63,842 nt of DNA, filler included, from Choristocarpus tenellus KU-1152 (GCA_964200185.2; 11 parts of 11 records of this genome joined end to end with filler, not necessarily neighbours in it), one strand, 5' to 3'; numbered from the whole stretch's first letter, positions 47,901 to 61,403 are shown. Translations and numbers: made by a program. The notes: a model not told the origin generated them from the sequence alone.

Positions 47901-49146
47901 TACTCTCGAATATCTACCAATGCAACACAGAATAGAATAATACGATGGTATATCAAGACTTATCAATGATATATTTCCTCAAGTAGTGTAGACACCAGAC
48001 ATGCACGTACCAGCCCTAGGGCTGGAGAATAGGTTCGCCAACACACACCGATTGTGAAACGTCTGGGTCAACTTGGCAAAGGAATGGGCATCCCTTGAGC
48101 TATGATGGTAGCCCATTCACAATAAACATAGATAGGTCCGCATGGATCTGGTCTTCCATATGGGGACACTTGCGGGCGTCGGATCAGCTCCCTCTACCGA
48201 GACAAAGGCCTCATCCTCGATGTTACGTTTGCAGAAGTGCAAGCAGTTTCCCACCTACCCCACTCAACCACCAGCAATGGTGTAGCTCCTGCTCCAGCTG
48301 AAACGCGAAAGCGCACCCACTACGAGGGATCTTTTGACCCTCGAAAGTTGTAACCTCAACACCTTCGCGGCGGAAAGTTTTGGGCGCCTCGATGTAAGGA
48401 AGCGGAAATTTTTCTAGGTGAGTTGGCTACACACGCGGTAGGGGAAAGAGGGGCAGGAGCCTACAGCAGAACAGGGGTGGTCAAATCTCATCTACACCAG
48501 ATAGTCTCCATCACAACGCATCTCGACGTGCCATGCATTTTAAGCTGGATACACCAGGGAGATGGGCAAGGAGGGGCTTGTTAGATTCTTGGNNNNNNNN
48601 NNNNNNNNNNNNNNNNNNNNNNNNNNNNNNNNNNNNTTAATTAATTAANNNNNNNNNNNNNNNNNNNNNNNNNNNNNNNNNNNNNNNNNNNNCCCATAGC
48701 ATCGTTTTAAGGTCGTTGGATTTGAGTTGTACATCCTGGAAGGTGAGCATTGAGGGGTGCCTGTAACATATATCCGGCAAGCGTAATATTTTCCCAAAAA
48801 CAAATATCCCACTTCAATTCAAGTCTGGAGGGGGAGGTTGGAGTGGTTGGGATAGTAATGTTTCAAATGATTATGCCCAAAGGAACAGAAAATGGACGTG
48901 GGTTTCCAGGTAATATAACCCTGTAAACCATGGGTGGTACCTTAGATTGCACTTCATACGGGCACCTCTAAGTGTGAAGTAACTTTACATTCGGACCATG
49001 CATATTTTTATGTGGCCTATAGACTATAAAATTATCACCAGGAACCAAAACACGGATCACGACAAGACTAGGATTGTGGAAAAGCATTTAACACATATGC
49101 AAGAAGTAATTTTTCTTTTGGTTTGCTTAGTGGTTTCTTCAGTAGT

Positions 49147-50766
49147 TGTTGAAACCTTGAATTGAATTAATAGCTGGTTCTCAAAGCGTGCTCTGTGACA
49201 CTGTAGGTCCATCAGGAGCTGGATCAGCGAGGTTGAGGTCATTGTTAAACGTGGTAGGGATTGCAATGACGAGGGACTCCGTGGTGAAGTCCGAGTTGGA
49301 GCACACCTGGCTTCATAGGACATCATGTCGGAAGACACTCCAGATATGAGAGCTACGCAAATGTGGAAGTCACTGATGATCTCACAAAACCCTTCGAGTT
49401 CGGGCTTGGCCCTGTAAAGACGCAGCAGCCACTGGTCAGGATCCTCCCCTAGTTTCATGTTGCATTGCTGCTCAAAGTGGCAATGTACAGTGCGTATCCA
49501 CTGCTCAGCGGTGGCCTCATGCTTGCTTTTGAGTGCATGCCAGCAGAAAGTCCATTGTTGAGGTTGGTCTCATCCTGGCGCTGGAGTTTGTGGAGAAGTT
49601 ATTTGATCGATCTTCGGCAGGTGGCAAATAGAATCCCAATAAGGTGGTCATTATCTTCTCATAGATGGGCTTGGTGGTGCTGGTTGTAGATGAGGTGGTG
49701 TTAGGAAGTGTGGTAGTGTGGTGTCTGTGTTGGAAGGATGTGAGCTTGAAGGAATCAAGACGCGATGAGCCCAAGGCGCCACGAAGCTCATGATTCCCAT
49801 GAAGTCCAGTTTAAAGGCGTCTGAGGCAGATTTAATTGCCCGAAAAGATGCAGAGTTTGAGGGTGCATTCCATATGAGGTTGGGGGCCTGACTGCAGCAG
49901 TGGGCACAGTGTAGATGTAGGGGGATAGTACAGGACGAGGTCGAGAGAGTTGGTCAAGTGTAGAAGGCTGATAACCTGTTGAGACCTTGAACTGAATGAA
50001 TTGCTGATTCTCAAGTAGTGCTTTATGTAGAGGTTTGAAGACTTGATGTGAATGGGTGACATAGTGTACTGAAGCACTGATGAGTTCACAGGGACAAACG
50101 ATTGAAAGCATCTTAGAAGGTACAATTTTTGCCCTATTTGTCAGTTTTGGGGTTTGACTTCCAGCGTTTAAAAAAAATTACATTCTACCTACTCCGAAAT
50201 GTTTCAGAGCAGGTAAAATGTGTATGTTATGAAAAGGTGTGTCTTAAACAAGGATATTGACACTTCCTAACAAACACAATAGCCAAAATTACATCGAAAT
50301 CGCGACATTGGATTTTGACTCCCAAACGGACGGGGCTCTACCCTCAAAAGATACTCTTAGAGAGTACGAGTTTTGCCCTTTTTCTCCATTTGGGGCTTGA
50401 CTTCCCTCAGGGTTTTTTTATGACTTTTTCCTACTCTAAAATATTTCAGAGTAGGTAAGATGTCTATGTTATGAAAAGGTGTGTCCCGAACAAGGATATT
50501 GACACTTCCTAACAAACACAATAGCCAAAAATACATCAATATTGTAACATTGGATTTTGGTCATCAAATGGACGTGACTCTACCCTCTAATATATTTTGA
50601 CTCCGACCTCTTTGATAAAGCGAAAAGCGAGACATATACTGAGTGAAGATTCGACTGACGCCATCCGTGGTTATCATCAGTGGAAATACTCCCATATCAT
50701 TGTTTTAAGATCGTTGGATTAGAGTTACACATCCTGTGGAGGTGAGTTCTGCAGCGTGTTGTAACA
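49147..50766 (-). mobile_element. Decayed, internally deleted copia-type LTR element
   Basis: The 5' LTR runs from TGTTACA (50766) to GGTCTCAACA (49977) and is split by the MITE dimer. A PBS-like GGTTATCAGCC follows (49966-49976), then the gag remnant MKLGEDPDQWLLRLY...IISD...ALISGV, then a second LTR 3' end at 49147-49200. A related LTR start lies at 48693-48768. Confidence 0.7.
50100..50603 (+). mobile_element. MITE family A head-to-tail dimer (copies 5 and 6)
   Basis: Two full interiors joined at ~50355 (…aagatact|cttagagagtacgag…), with both inner TIR tips missing. Confidence 0.9.
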
Positions 50767-52788
50767 TGGAGGTCCTACTGAGACTTCCGCGCTGCTAGAC
50801 ACCTCTTATAATACGACACTATCATGATCAATGGTCTATGACGCATACCAAGCACTACAGCTGCCAACAAAAGCTTGAACCCTTCTTCACACACCATAAT
50901 CTGCTACAGAAGGGATGTGACAAACCAGAAAAAGACTGGTCGGTGGTGTTTCTTATATGTGGCAGAGAAGATTAACGACTCCATGAAGTGGTCCAGCGTT
51001 TTGCTGGCGGAATGGAAACCGCCACTTGAGCAATAATGACCAAAGAATGGGATTACATAGGTGTGCAACAGTATCACACCATAGGACTCACTGAAAGGAA
51101 GGCGGAGCAAATAGGAAGAACCTAGTTTGCTCAGGTCCATTATACACGACACTCTATACTAATTTCTAGGCAAAGGCGTCTGTGCAAGATTAACCCTAAT
51201 CAAAATGTCTGGAAGTTGCAACTCTTAAAAAATAGTTACTGTAGTGTGTAATTTGACCCAACCAATGAGTTGCTTTCTGACAGCTACGGCCTTGGCAAAC
51301 TTGGTCATTGTTGATCGCAGGCAAGTGCCATCTTGCGCTCAGTCAGGTGGATATTGGTGATGCTGGTAATCTAGTAGCCTAACTGTGCCATTTCTTGAGG
51401 AATGAATTACGGTTATTCGACATTCACGGTAATCCAACAACTGGACAGTATGGTAAATGTACCAAATACTATCTGTAAGGTAGGTTGGAATGAACACAAA
51501 CAATAATCACGATGCGATTCGGTAATTCTGACGGTAATGCAAAGATTTCCGATGCTCCACCGTTATGAACAGTTCGGTTATTGATTCTAACCGTAGGGTT
51601 CCCCATACACCGATTGTGGATATTTTCCCCGATTATAGTCATAATCTTTTAATATTTGTTGTTTTCATCTGGTTCTTTAAGTACAACAAGATGGAGTCAT
51701 CCCGCGTAGGAATAACTCCCCAATTTATGGGTACCATACACATATTAGTGTGTATATTGAATAGATAAAAAGCTAAATTAATCTCATAAATTGATTTACA
51801 AAAAAAAGGTATTTAACACATCAGTTTGGTTCCAACCCTGGTCAGCCACAAGTCCCACCATGTTGTATGTCTATTAAACAGGAAGAGAGTGAGTAGAGAG
51901 CACAAGTATTTGTTTAACAGGAGAGGCTGGAAGGCAAGAACAGGCATCATAGAGAGGATTGGATTGACGCACAGATCAGGGCAAAGATTTAAAGGTTTGC
52001 TTTGAGGTGAATATTAAAACGTATAGATCGCTCGACAGGGGGAGAGAACGAAGCACGATCTATTTGGAGGACACCTGCGCAACCAGGCTGTCACAGTAAA
52101 GGACCACTGGGAATTTGACACCTCCTTCGGAAAAGAGGTGACCAAGCCTTTTCTCTTTCTTCTCTTTTTTTTTAACCAAAGGGTTCTCCTTTGGTGTCTG
52201 TGGACTATTACGACAATTTTTTCTCACGTCTTCGGTAAAGGCTTTTGAGTACTAGGAGTTGAAGAGAACAAATCTGATTGCATGCGCTGAGGTTCGAGGA
52301 ATCGCTTTTACTTGGATTCTTCATGCAATCCTTTGGGAACGCTTTTTCTATTGTTTGATTGATGCTGGTCGACCTTCTCCATTTCATTCCAATATTATCT
52401 TCCTGACGACCAAATTGGACAACATCATCTGTTATTTACAGTCGTCCCCGCAATGTAGACCACATTTAGGCTCGTATGAGTGGAGGAGGCGATGTTTGTT
52501 CTAGTCCTCGAAGGAAATATTATTTTTGGTTAAAAAATGGAACGGAAGGAGAACGGTGTTGGTCAGGGCTAGTAATTGTCATTGAGGTGATAGGAGGCTG
52601 ATTTTTGGTGCTGCCATCGCATGCAGCGTCTGGTATTGTACACAGACTTGGAGTATGCATAAATTAAGGGTTAGTCCCAAAGTTGGGTGGATCATTTGTA
52701 TTAATTCTAAAGTGTTCGCACTTCTGACCGATACTCTACACGAATATTGGTATCTACTTTACGCGATCTGCTCAGGCTCACCAAAACT

Positions 52789-53766
52789 ATGGAAGCTAAC
52801 CCTTACGGACAAGTGATGGGGCAGGGAATGCAACAGGGCATGCGCCAGGGCCAAGGGATGGGACCTCAGGGAATGCAGGCAAGAACACGACCGTGGGACG
52901 TCCGAGGCATTTTATTAGAGTGGTGCCCTCCTCTGTTGCCTCTTGCGAGTATTGTATTTGCAAGAAATAATAAAATGCCTGGTAAATGTTTTCTCCGAGA
53001 GAATGACCCAGCGGCTGTTGTCGCCATTTGTTTCTTGGTCGGATTTGCAGCACCGGTTGTTCATTTGTTGACCTATTTTTTTGTGTTTTATATGCCCAAC
53101 TAGGTCACGACACTTTCCTGTTAAAGGTAGGTGCACAATCATTTTTTTGTTCCTAGCAGGATTTTGGTACATTGCTAGTTCATAATATTGCTTTCCTTTA
53201 ATTGTGTATTCTCCGCAGCAAATCTAGGACTCAAAGTATTCCTCCCATAGCACCCGGATCTTCTCTCCTAACCCCTTCTCCGACTTCCCTGTGAAGAGTT
53301 TTTACTCTGTCCCTAAGCGGCAGTGCACCTGACAACTTCAAAATCTCCCCCTTAATGTATTAGTGTTTCATGGACTGTAGGCATATGGGAAGTCATCATT
53401 TGGAAGTGTAGAAATATGAAAATATTTGTGTGCCAGGGTTTAGAGGGGCAACTCATTTCTTGTGGGTGGGTGGGATAAGGTCAGTTGGAATGGGGGTCAG
53501 AAGTGTTATGTTAAGGCCTTGGGCAGCGTATTTCCCACTACACCTGGCTAGGGTTTTCTGGATTTTTCGCCAGAGGGAGTCCAGCAGCAAGGAGCTACTT
53601 CATGGAGCAAATCTTGGACCCGCCCAAGCCCAAGCCCCTGTATTTTTGGAGTCTGACTTGTTTTTTGCCTCCCACATCCCATCCATACTCATTGTATTTT
53701 TTACTTTTTGCACAGCCTACGTTTGGGGTTGGGGGTGGTCCGGGTGTGCAGGGTATGGGGCACATG
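52789..53766 (+). CDS. N-terminal exons of a Gln/Gly/Met-rich low-complexity protein (3' partial)
   Basis: MEANPYGQVMGQGMQQGMRQGQGMGPQGMQ (52789-52878), then tttttgcacag|PTFGVGGGPGVQGMGHM (53716 to contig end). Same composition, phase 0. Confidence 0.6.
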
Positions 53767-53866
53767 NNNNNNNNNNNNNNNNNNNNNNNNNNNNNNNNNN
53801 NNNNNNNNNNTTAATTAATTAANNNNNNNNNNNNNNNNNNNNNNNNNNNNNNNNNNNNNNNNNNNN

Positions 53867-56693
53867 CTCCTTTCCTACCATATCCTCCCGCTCCTCTCCC
53901 TCCTACCATGTGAGTAGCCAGCTCATCCAGGAAGCATTCCGCTTGCTTGCCGAGGCGCATGTATAGTCTATTTGGAAGGATTGATAAGCCTGATAAACAC
54001 GAGATGCCAAGTCAGAGCTGGTCGTGAGCAGGTTAACTGGCATCTGTTATCAGTCATCTCATCTCTTCACAAAACGATAGACTATACCTATCTATGACAA
54101 AAATGACGCACAAACGATTTGTCTAAACTTGGTGGACAACCTATGTAAAGGAATATAGTATGCGGGTACCACGAGATCTGGCCAAGAGACACTAGTCTTA
54201 AAAATAAGTACACAAAAACACTATTAAACAAACAAACAAACAAATTGGCCACGATATGTACCACACATACACACGATAATATCTTTACTGAAACGATAGG
54301 TTACGATATACAGACTATGCAAGGGGTATGATAACCGTAAATACGAATCCTCAAGTCATTACACGATGGACGAGAATTTTAGACCCAAAGTATCTGGGAG
54401 TGGGGGGGGGGGTTCTACACCAGAGTGTCCATTTGGGGCTAAATCAGGGAAAGTGCATTTACATTATCCATCCAACGTATGCAACCAAATCACCCAAAAA
54501 TCGCGACATGAAAAAGTTGACCCCAAAAGAACAGCCGCCACCCCCCACCACCCCAGATACTTTGAGCCAAAGAGCAGCAGCCACTACTTCAACAATAGTT
54601 CAGGAGCAAATCACTGCTGTACTTCTTCGTAATGGACTCAGGCAGAGTGGTCGTGATTCACACTCTCTTGGTACTCAACGTTGTAACAAGTAGCGCACAA
54701 GCATAGTTCTATCTACCTTTTCAGCTGCCTCGGCGTAGAATGACACGCAGGAGAAAACGCAAAAAACTCAACACCATTTCATCGATAAAAATGGTTTCTG
54801 ACGAAGTAAGTTTGTAAGTATGTAATGTGAACTGAAGCTCTAAACACCCTCAGAGTTTAAAGTGGGAAAACACAAGGCACTATGTACACTATAAAGCAAT
54901 GTATAGAACAATTGTTGGTTTCACATCACGGCACAGAATAGCCAGAAAGAACCGTATTAGCTGCAGCCTGAGCAATTATTCATGCCAGGAATGACGTTGT
55001 TCTTGATATTGATCATATATGCTAGACCAATGCTACAGAAGAGGTGCAGTATGGAGGGACCAATTTGGACTATATGGAATAATTTCCAGCCTTATGATCA
55101 AGTGTGAGTTTATCCAGATATGTGTTAGTGTGGTATTAATGTTTAAAACAGAAAAATATAAAATGTCTCCAGGATGACTAAGCTCGCATCACCCATATCT
55201 ACACCACCATAGTTTTCTTTTTCTGGAGCTAGTATAGTTATTGAGACGAACAGGGTATTCTGATATTGCGGTTGAATGCTACAATGTGCTGTTCACCGGA
55301 ATTTCTACACTGTGAACAATGACGCTTGCCACTATGTTGTGTATATACTACATGTTTGCGCTCAGGACTATTAGTAGAGTGTTGATATTGACACTTTGGA
55401 GTGCTGAGTACCGAGCATTTGTTTATTTGACATCGAAAGATAGATCGGAACTCCGACGTGGTTTTGATGCAGAGCATAGGTCACATACATATCATCCTTA
55501 CTTCTTCAAGACTGTGCACTGCCTCCTCAAGTCGGGCCTTGAGGTCTTCATTCTCCACCTTAACTGTTCGAAGCTCCCTGCCTAATGCTTCCTTCTCTTC
55601 CACAGCCCTGAGCCAACAAGTACACAATGCATTCAGTGGGGGAGGTCACAACATTAATGGTTCACTCAAGGGTTGTGTTGACAAAAAAAGTGCATAGAAT
55701 ATCTCACCTCAATGAAAGCAAAGTGACTGAATATTTAGAGGCACATTGGATACCTTCAGAGTTGGTTGTGGGTCTTCAACCCCGCCTTGGGAAATATCTG
55801 ACAATATATATTTCACAAGTTGAAAAGAGAACCTTTAATTCATGCTCTTGTTATTTCTATTACAAACTCTCCCGGAAGTAGATTGACTCAATAAAGTTTC
55901 TCACGACCTTGGGACTGAACAATTTTAAACATGCAATACAAAGATCAAACCACGAGGAAATCGTGCGCATGACGAAAAAAATGAAAGAAGAATCTTTGCA
56001 ACTTTAGGCTTTGAGTACTGCATATAATCCTATCATTTTATTACTCGAGCGTTCAGATTGTGATTACCTGTTATTAGACAAAATATGGTACTGCAACAAA
56101 CTCTTCCAAGCGTGTGAGGACATATGCATCGGATTACATGAGGTGCTTCTGCCTCAATTGACTGACTTAATCCACTACCTCACTACCCGCTCCTCCAATA
56201 TTCAATTGGAATAGAAAATAGTTCTCTTCAATAGAATTGACGAGAAGGTTATGTCTTGAACATTAGGTATCCTATCAATTTTTGTTCAGCACTAGGTGAG
56301 TTCTACTCTGCAATGCAATACAATGCATCCCACAAAATAATGCAAAAACGATTGTAGTGACCCTACGTAGTTTGCAACAAGTAGATTTGATTTCTTTAAA
56401 TTACATTATCCTGCAATGTAAACTGAGAAGGCTGGGATAAATCGTTCTAGCAGATAAATCGTTCTAGCAGATAAATCGTTCTAGCAGATAATCTTCTTCT
56501 GATTGATGTCTAGTCACTTTATTTCACACGAGTGCCCAGAGATATTTTGTAATTTTTGGATGTGTGCCTGTTGAGTCGACGTCTGTAGTGTTTTACTTGT
56601 CACCTGAGATGGTCTGATTTAGCATCAGCAAGAGTTTGCTGGTGTCGCGTTGACTGCTTCTCTGCCTCAAGAGAAATGGAGAGGTAACCCGCT
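53867..56693 (-). CDS. Internal exons of a coiled-coil protein (partial)
   Basis: Exon 56693-56604 (AGYLSISLEAEKQSTRHQQTLADAKSDHLR) joins in phase 2 to 55607-55502 (AVEEKEALGRELRTVKVENEDLKARLEEAVHSLEE). A possible micro-exon 54724-54717 leads to 53967-contig end (LYMRLGKQAECFLDELATHM). Confidence 0.65.
54382..54568 (+). mobile_element. MITE family B, complete copy (~187 bp)
   Basis: gacccaaagtatctgggagtggggg...ccccagatactttgagcc. Confidence 0.88.
56436..56491. repeat. 17-bp perfect tandem repeat, about 3.3 copies
   Basis: (gataaatcgttctagca)3 gataa. Confidence 0.92.
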
Positions 56694-56878
56694 CTGAGAA
56701 CAAGAAAAAAATTGTAGTTACAGATCAAGACGGGGATAAAGGGATCTTGTACGGAGGGGAAAGACCTTGGGGAAATGCAGTACAGAAAGTGCATCTATCA
56801 ATGCAATAATAACATTTCAGTGAGTTTTGCATTTACAACTGATACAGCAATGTGAAAGTGGTGTGATGATACGTACTT

Positions 56879-57137
56879 GAGCCAAAGTATATTAGAGGGT
56901 AGAGTCGCGTCCATTTGGGGGTCAAAATCCAATGTTGCGATTTTGATGTAATTTTGACTATCGTGTTTGTTAGGAGATGTCAATATCCATGTTCCAGACA
57001 CACCTTTTCATCACGTACACATTTTACCTACTTCTAAACATTTTGGAGTAGGAAAATATCATAAAAAGAAACTTGAGAAGCCAAGTTCCAAATGGACAAA
57101 CAGGGAAAAACTTGTACCCTCTAATATACTTTTATTC
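56879..57137 (-). mobile_element. MITE family A, copy 7
   Basis: gagccaaagtatattagagggta...taccctctaatatacttttattc; flanks ctt/ctt. Confidence 0.9.
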
Positions 57138-57844
57138 CTTGGTACATACTGCATAATCTACAACGTTTATCGTAAGAAAAAAATTGTAAGAGAGGTCAAG
57201 AAGGTGGAGAGGCAGCCATTAAGAGATGGTCTTTGGTACCCTCACAGCTCAAGATGGCATTGTTACCCTGGGACCACTACCCCTAAGGAGCATTGACAAT
57301 GCTACTTAGGGTTAGGGTACATCGCAGAGGTTTGCTATGGGGGAAGCCAGGCTGCCACATAAGATAGTGTAGCATCACATGCCTTGCATCTTGGAGTGCC
57401 TTGACGTGTGCCCCAATCACCTCCTGGTTCTTGCGCACTACACTTCGATCTCTGGGGTCATGGCAAAGGTGAGGTAGGGATTAGATGATACCTCCAGTGT
57501 GCAATACTGTTTGATTAACGTATCTTTTTATTCCAGAGATCTGGGAAGTCATACAAAAATTCACAGCATTTTTGAAGAATAGAGTGCGTTTTAGAGCTAT
57601 AGGGTTATAGGAATGCAATGCTGTGGATTCAAACTTTGGTTTGAAATAAACAAATGTGAACACCCACTCCAGACCCAAAGCATCTGGGGGGGGGGGGGGG
57701 GAGGAGCACACACCGCCGTGCCACCTGGGCACAAAATCGATAAANNNNNNNNNNNNNNNNNNNNNNNNNNNNNNNNNNNNNNNNNNNNTTAATTAATTAA
57801 NNNNNNNNNNNNNNNNNNNNNNNNNNNNNNNNNNNNNNNNNNNN

Positions 57845-57886
<42 letters not shown>

Positions 57887-59169
57887 GAGGTGTTGAAAAT
57901 GGGGTTGGAAGGTGGAGGAGGATTGTTGGGGGTAGTTTGCTGAAAAACTTAACAGTTTTTTGTGAATTTTAATTTGGAGATTAGTGTGGTGGTGGTGTAT
58001 GTGAAGTTGTTGATATTATGATGATATGGATATTGCATTTTATGCCCCACTGCTAATGGTTTCATTCACCACTGTGTGCTGTTTTTGCCCCACCAATCAA
58101 TTGTTTTTGTCCAATGCTGGTTTGGGGAGTTGGAGGTTGGGTTTGTGAGGGTAGACCAGAGAGACAAGGAGATTAGATGTGCATGTGTGTGTGTGTGCCT
58201 GTGTAGACAGGGAGGTAGTTGAGTGGCAAAGATGTATTTGTGAGGTGAGATGGAACGATGCAGGCTGCACATTTTGTAGTTAGATCATGTTGCTTTGTTT
58301 CTGTTATTGAATGTCTTTGTTAAGGCAGGGGTTGTTAGGTCATAGAATCTTGTTGCTCATATCAATTTGTTCTGATGATGCCAGGACAAGATTTCTTGCT
58401 CTCGAAGGGGTTGTAGAGTGTTACGTACTTCTGGTACTGAGTGCTACCCCTGCACTATTAATACTATCTGAACCTGACAATTACACTTCAACATAGTGAG
58501 GTCACACTTACCTTCCATGTACTCGTAGTACCATATATATACATAAATACATTCAAGACGCAGTTGTCTTAGTAATATCCGTATCTCTCTTATTTGGGGT
58601 CTGTAATGCCCTACAATTTAATACCCCTTGCTCTTGCTGCTATGGGATTATATATACTCTACTTAAGTGTATGTATGATTCGCCTCTTTGTATAGTGTTG
58701 ACCAGGTGATAATTGAATATATAAAATACACACTACAGAGTAATACGTACAACAGCCTCCATCATTTTGGTTGCTTGGGTCAACAGTGTAAAGTCGCTCT
58801 TCATCTCTTTCAACAACTGATACTGCTTCTATTGTAACAGGATAGATGGTGTCACATCTTTTTTCTAAACGATTGACCTCAGCAGCAAAACGGTTATACA
58901 TCAAATCATGCATCGCATCACACCAAAACTAATCTCAGCCCGGGTCTTACCAGGGATTTTTGTAGTGGGCAGCTCGAGCATCACACTATTAAACTTCAAA
59001 CGAGATATTGGAAGGGAACATCAACTTCCATTTCTTTTTTTACTGGAGGAATCAGGGCCTGTCCTTCATCAGACCTACATCTACACTTCTCTCCAACAGA
59101 GGTCCTCTTTCTTAGTATTCCTCAAGCTCATTCAAGTGAGTGGGATGCAAAGAGAAAAGAGATCGTATT

Positions 59170-59438
59170 GAGTCAAAGTATCTTAGAGGGAAGGGTCGCG
59201 TCCATATGGGGGGCAAAATTCAATGTTGCGATTTTGATGTAATTTTGGTTTTCGTGTTTTGTTAGGAAGTGTCAGTATCCTTGTTCCGGACACAACTTTT
59301 TCATAACATACATACATTATACCTACTCCGAAACATTTTGGAGGAGGACATGTCATTAAAAAACCCCACAGGAAGTCAAGTCCCAAACGAACATACAGGG
59401 AAGAATTCGTACCCTCTCTTAATAAGATACTTTCACTC
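59170..59438 (-). mobile_element. MITE family A, copy 8
   Basis: gagtcaaagtatcttagaggg...taagatactttcactc; flanks tatt/tatc. Confidence 0.9.
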
Positions 59439-61145
59439 TATCTTTTACCCATTGTGTATACACATACACACACACATACATGCATATATATATATATATA
59501 TTGATTGTGTGTGGTGCAGTAGCTCTTAGTATTGCACAAGTGATGTGCATATATATATATATACATGGAACACCTTGCCAGATCAAACACACTTTTTACA
59601 CTCCTTTCTCATCGCTACTAAACAATGTTATACTGCACATACCTACACACACCTGTCTGCTAAGAGCTACTCAACACAGTGTTAATAGACTACTAACGAG
59701 ATCTAAATATCTCTTATCCTGCCTCGCCCGTACCATCCACAAGGAGTAAAATAGGGATCTCGGGACTAAATATCTAAAGAAAAAAATTATTTTTTCACTC
59801 GAGTTGCTGAGAAAATTAAAAAGAAATTTCCTGCTTTTCTGCTGACTTAGAAATCAGCAGTCAGCAGAGCAGTATGGCGTTTTAACACTTGCTCCTAACA
59901 TTCCCATCTATTCCTCTACCCATTTACATTAAACAAAAAAATTGCTGCACCTCCAACTGTATCAATGACGTTAAAGCCAATCGTGGTGTAAGAAAATTGC
60001 ACCCATAGCCAAAAAATTTCAAAAATAGACTCACGACTACATGGGGGTGATATAACACTTGCCCTTAAGCAGAGCAAGCAATTCTGCACATACCATCAAC
60101 AGTTTTTTTTCATAAAAGTCATACATACCAACCATACCATTCAACACAAAAAACTAAAAACCCAATTTAACAACACACTGGTCCAAAACGCTAAAAAAAA
60201 ACATACGCTCTTCCAATTAAAAAAAAAACTTCTCTCTTTTAACTCTTCTGATAGTCTCGTCTCGCACTATAGATCTCCCTTGAATTGGGTAATAGATGTT
60301 GGGCTTCACAAAGAATCCATATCCTTACTTAGGCAAGATGTTGGGCTACACAAGGAGAGTTTATTGCACAGGAACCCTCCAATCGAAGTACAGCTTTTAA
60401 GTGCAGTAAGGGAACATAACTTCTTCACCCTCCCACATCCGACAAGGAGATACATTTGAAATTTGCAGTCTAATCCCTCTATCTACCAGCTCCAGCTTCA
60501 CATGCCCCCGAAATTTAGGGGAGAGAGAAGTTACGAAAGATGCCACCACCTTGGTTAGTTCAACACCCTCAGTCTAGACACCACACTCACAAACCAGATA
60601 TACTGTGGTGGACATCACTCATGGACATACAACATATCCCAAATCATAAATTTAACAGCCAAACATGTACCATGAGTAAACCCCATAAGGAGAAAGTTGA
60701 GAGATACATAGAAAAAAGGACTTCATGTTCTTGTGACCAAGCCTACACTGATACAAGAGAGGTCATCAATCTTCATTCACTATGTCTTTTCTCTCCCAGT
60801 GCAATCATGTATTTGCACACTGGCTCAAAGTATCTGGGGGGGGGGGGGGGGGGGGGTCGCCCGCGGGGCGCCGCTTTTGCTGGTGGGGTTTTTTGTTTTT
60901 TTGTTTTNNNNNNNNNNNNNNNNNNNNNNNNNNNNNNNNNNNNNNNNNNNNTTAATTAATTAANNNNNNNNNNNNNNNNNNNNNNNNNNNNNNNNNNNNN
61001 NNNNNNNCCTGCTAGGTACGAGAGCAACACTTGTGGTTAAATAAATTATCGTTTTGCCGCAGTACGAAAGATCTGTCCACTACCATACTGGCAACTATTG
61101 TCACCCCTGTAACAGTGCTTGAAGCTTTGGGACGTCTTCACTAAA

Positions 61146-61403
61146 GAATGAAAGTATCTTAGAGGGTACGAGTTTTTCCCTGTTTGTCCATTTGGGGCTT
61201 GGCTTCCCACGGGTTTTTAACGACATTTTACCTACTGCAAAATATTTTGGAGTAGGTAAAATGTGTATGTTATGAAAAGTGTGTCCAGAACAAGGATATT
61301 GACGCTTCCTAACAAACATGATCGCCAAAATTACATCAAAATTGCAACGTTGGATTTTGGCCCCCAAATGGACGCGACTGTACCCTCCAAAATACTTTGA
61401 CTC
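61146..61403 (+). mobile_element. MITE family A, copy 9
   Basis: gaatgaaagtatcttagagggtac...gtaccctccaaaatactttgactc; TSD taaa/taaa. Confidence 0.92.

Noticed and set aside
58659-59130. Protein-like minus-strand frame (…FWCDAMHDLMYNRFAAEVNRLEKRCDTIYPV)
   Set aside because: Multiple stops and no identifiable motif. Likely TE debris that cannot be assigned.
14497-61007. Regularly recurring TTAATTAATTAA palindromes flanked by N runs, and ORFs ending in XXXLIN
   Set aside because: Identical 100-nt artificial linkers, not biology. They also mean cross-contig gene order cannot be interpreted.
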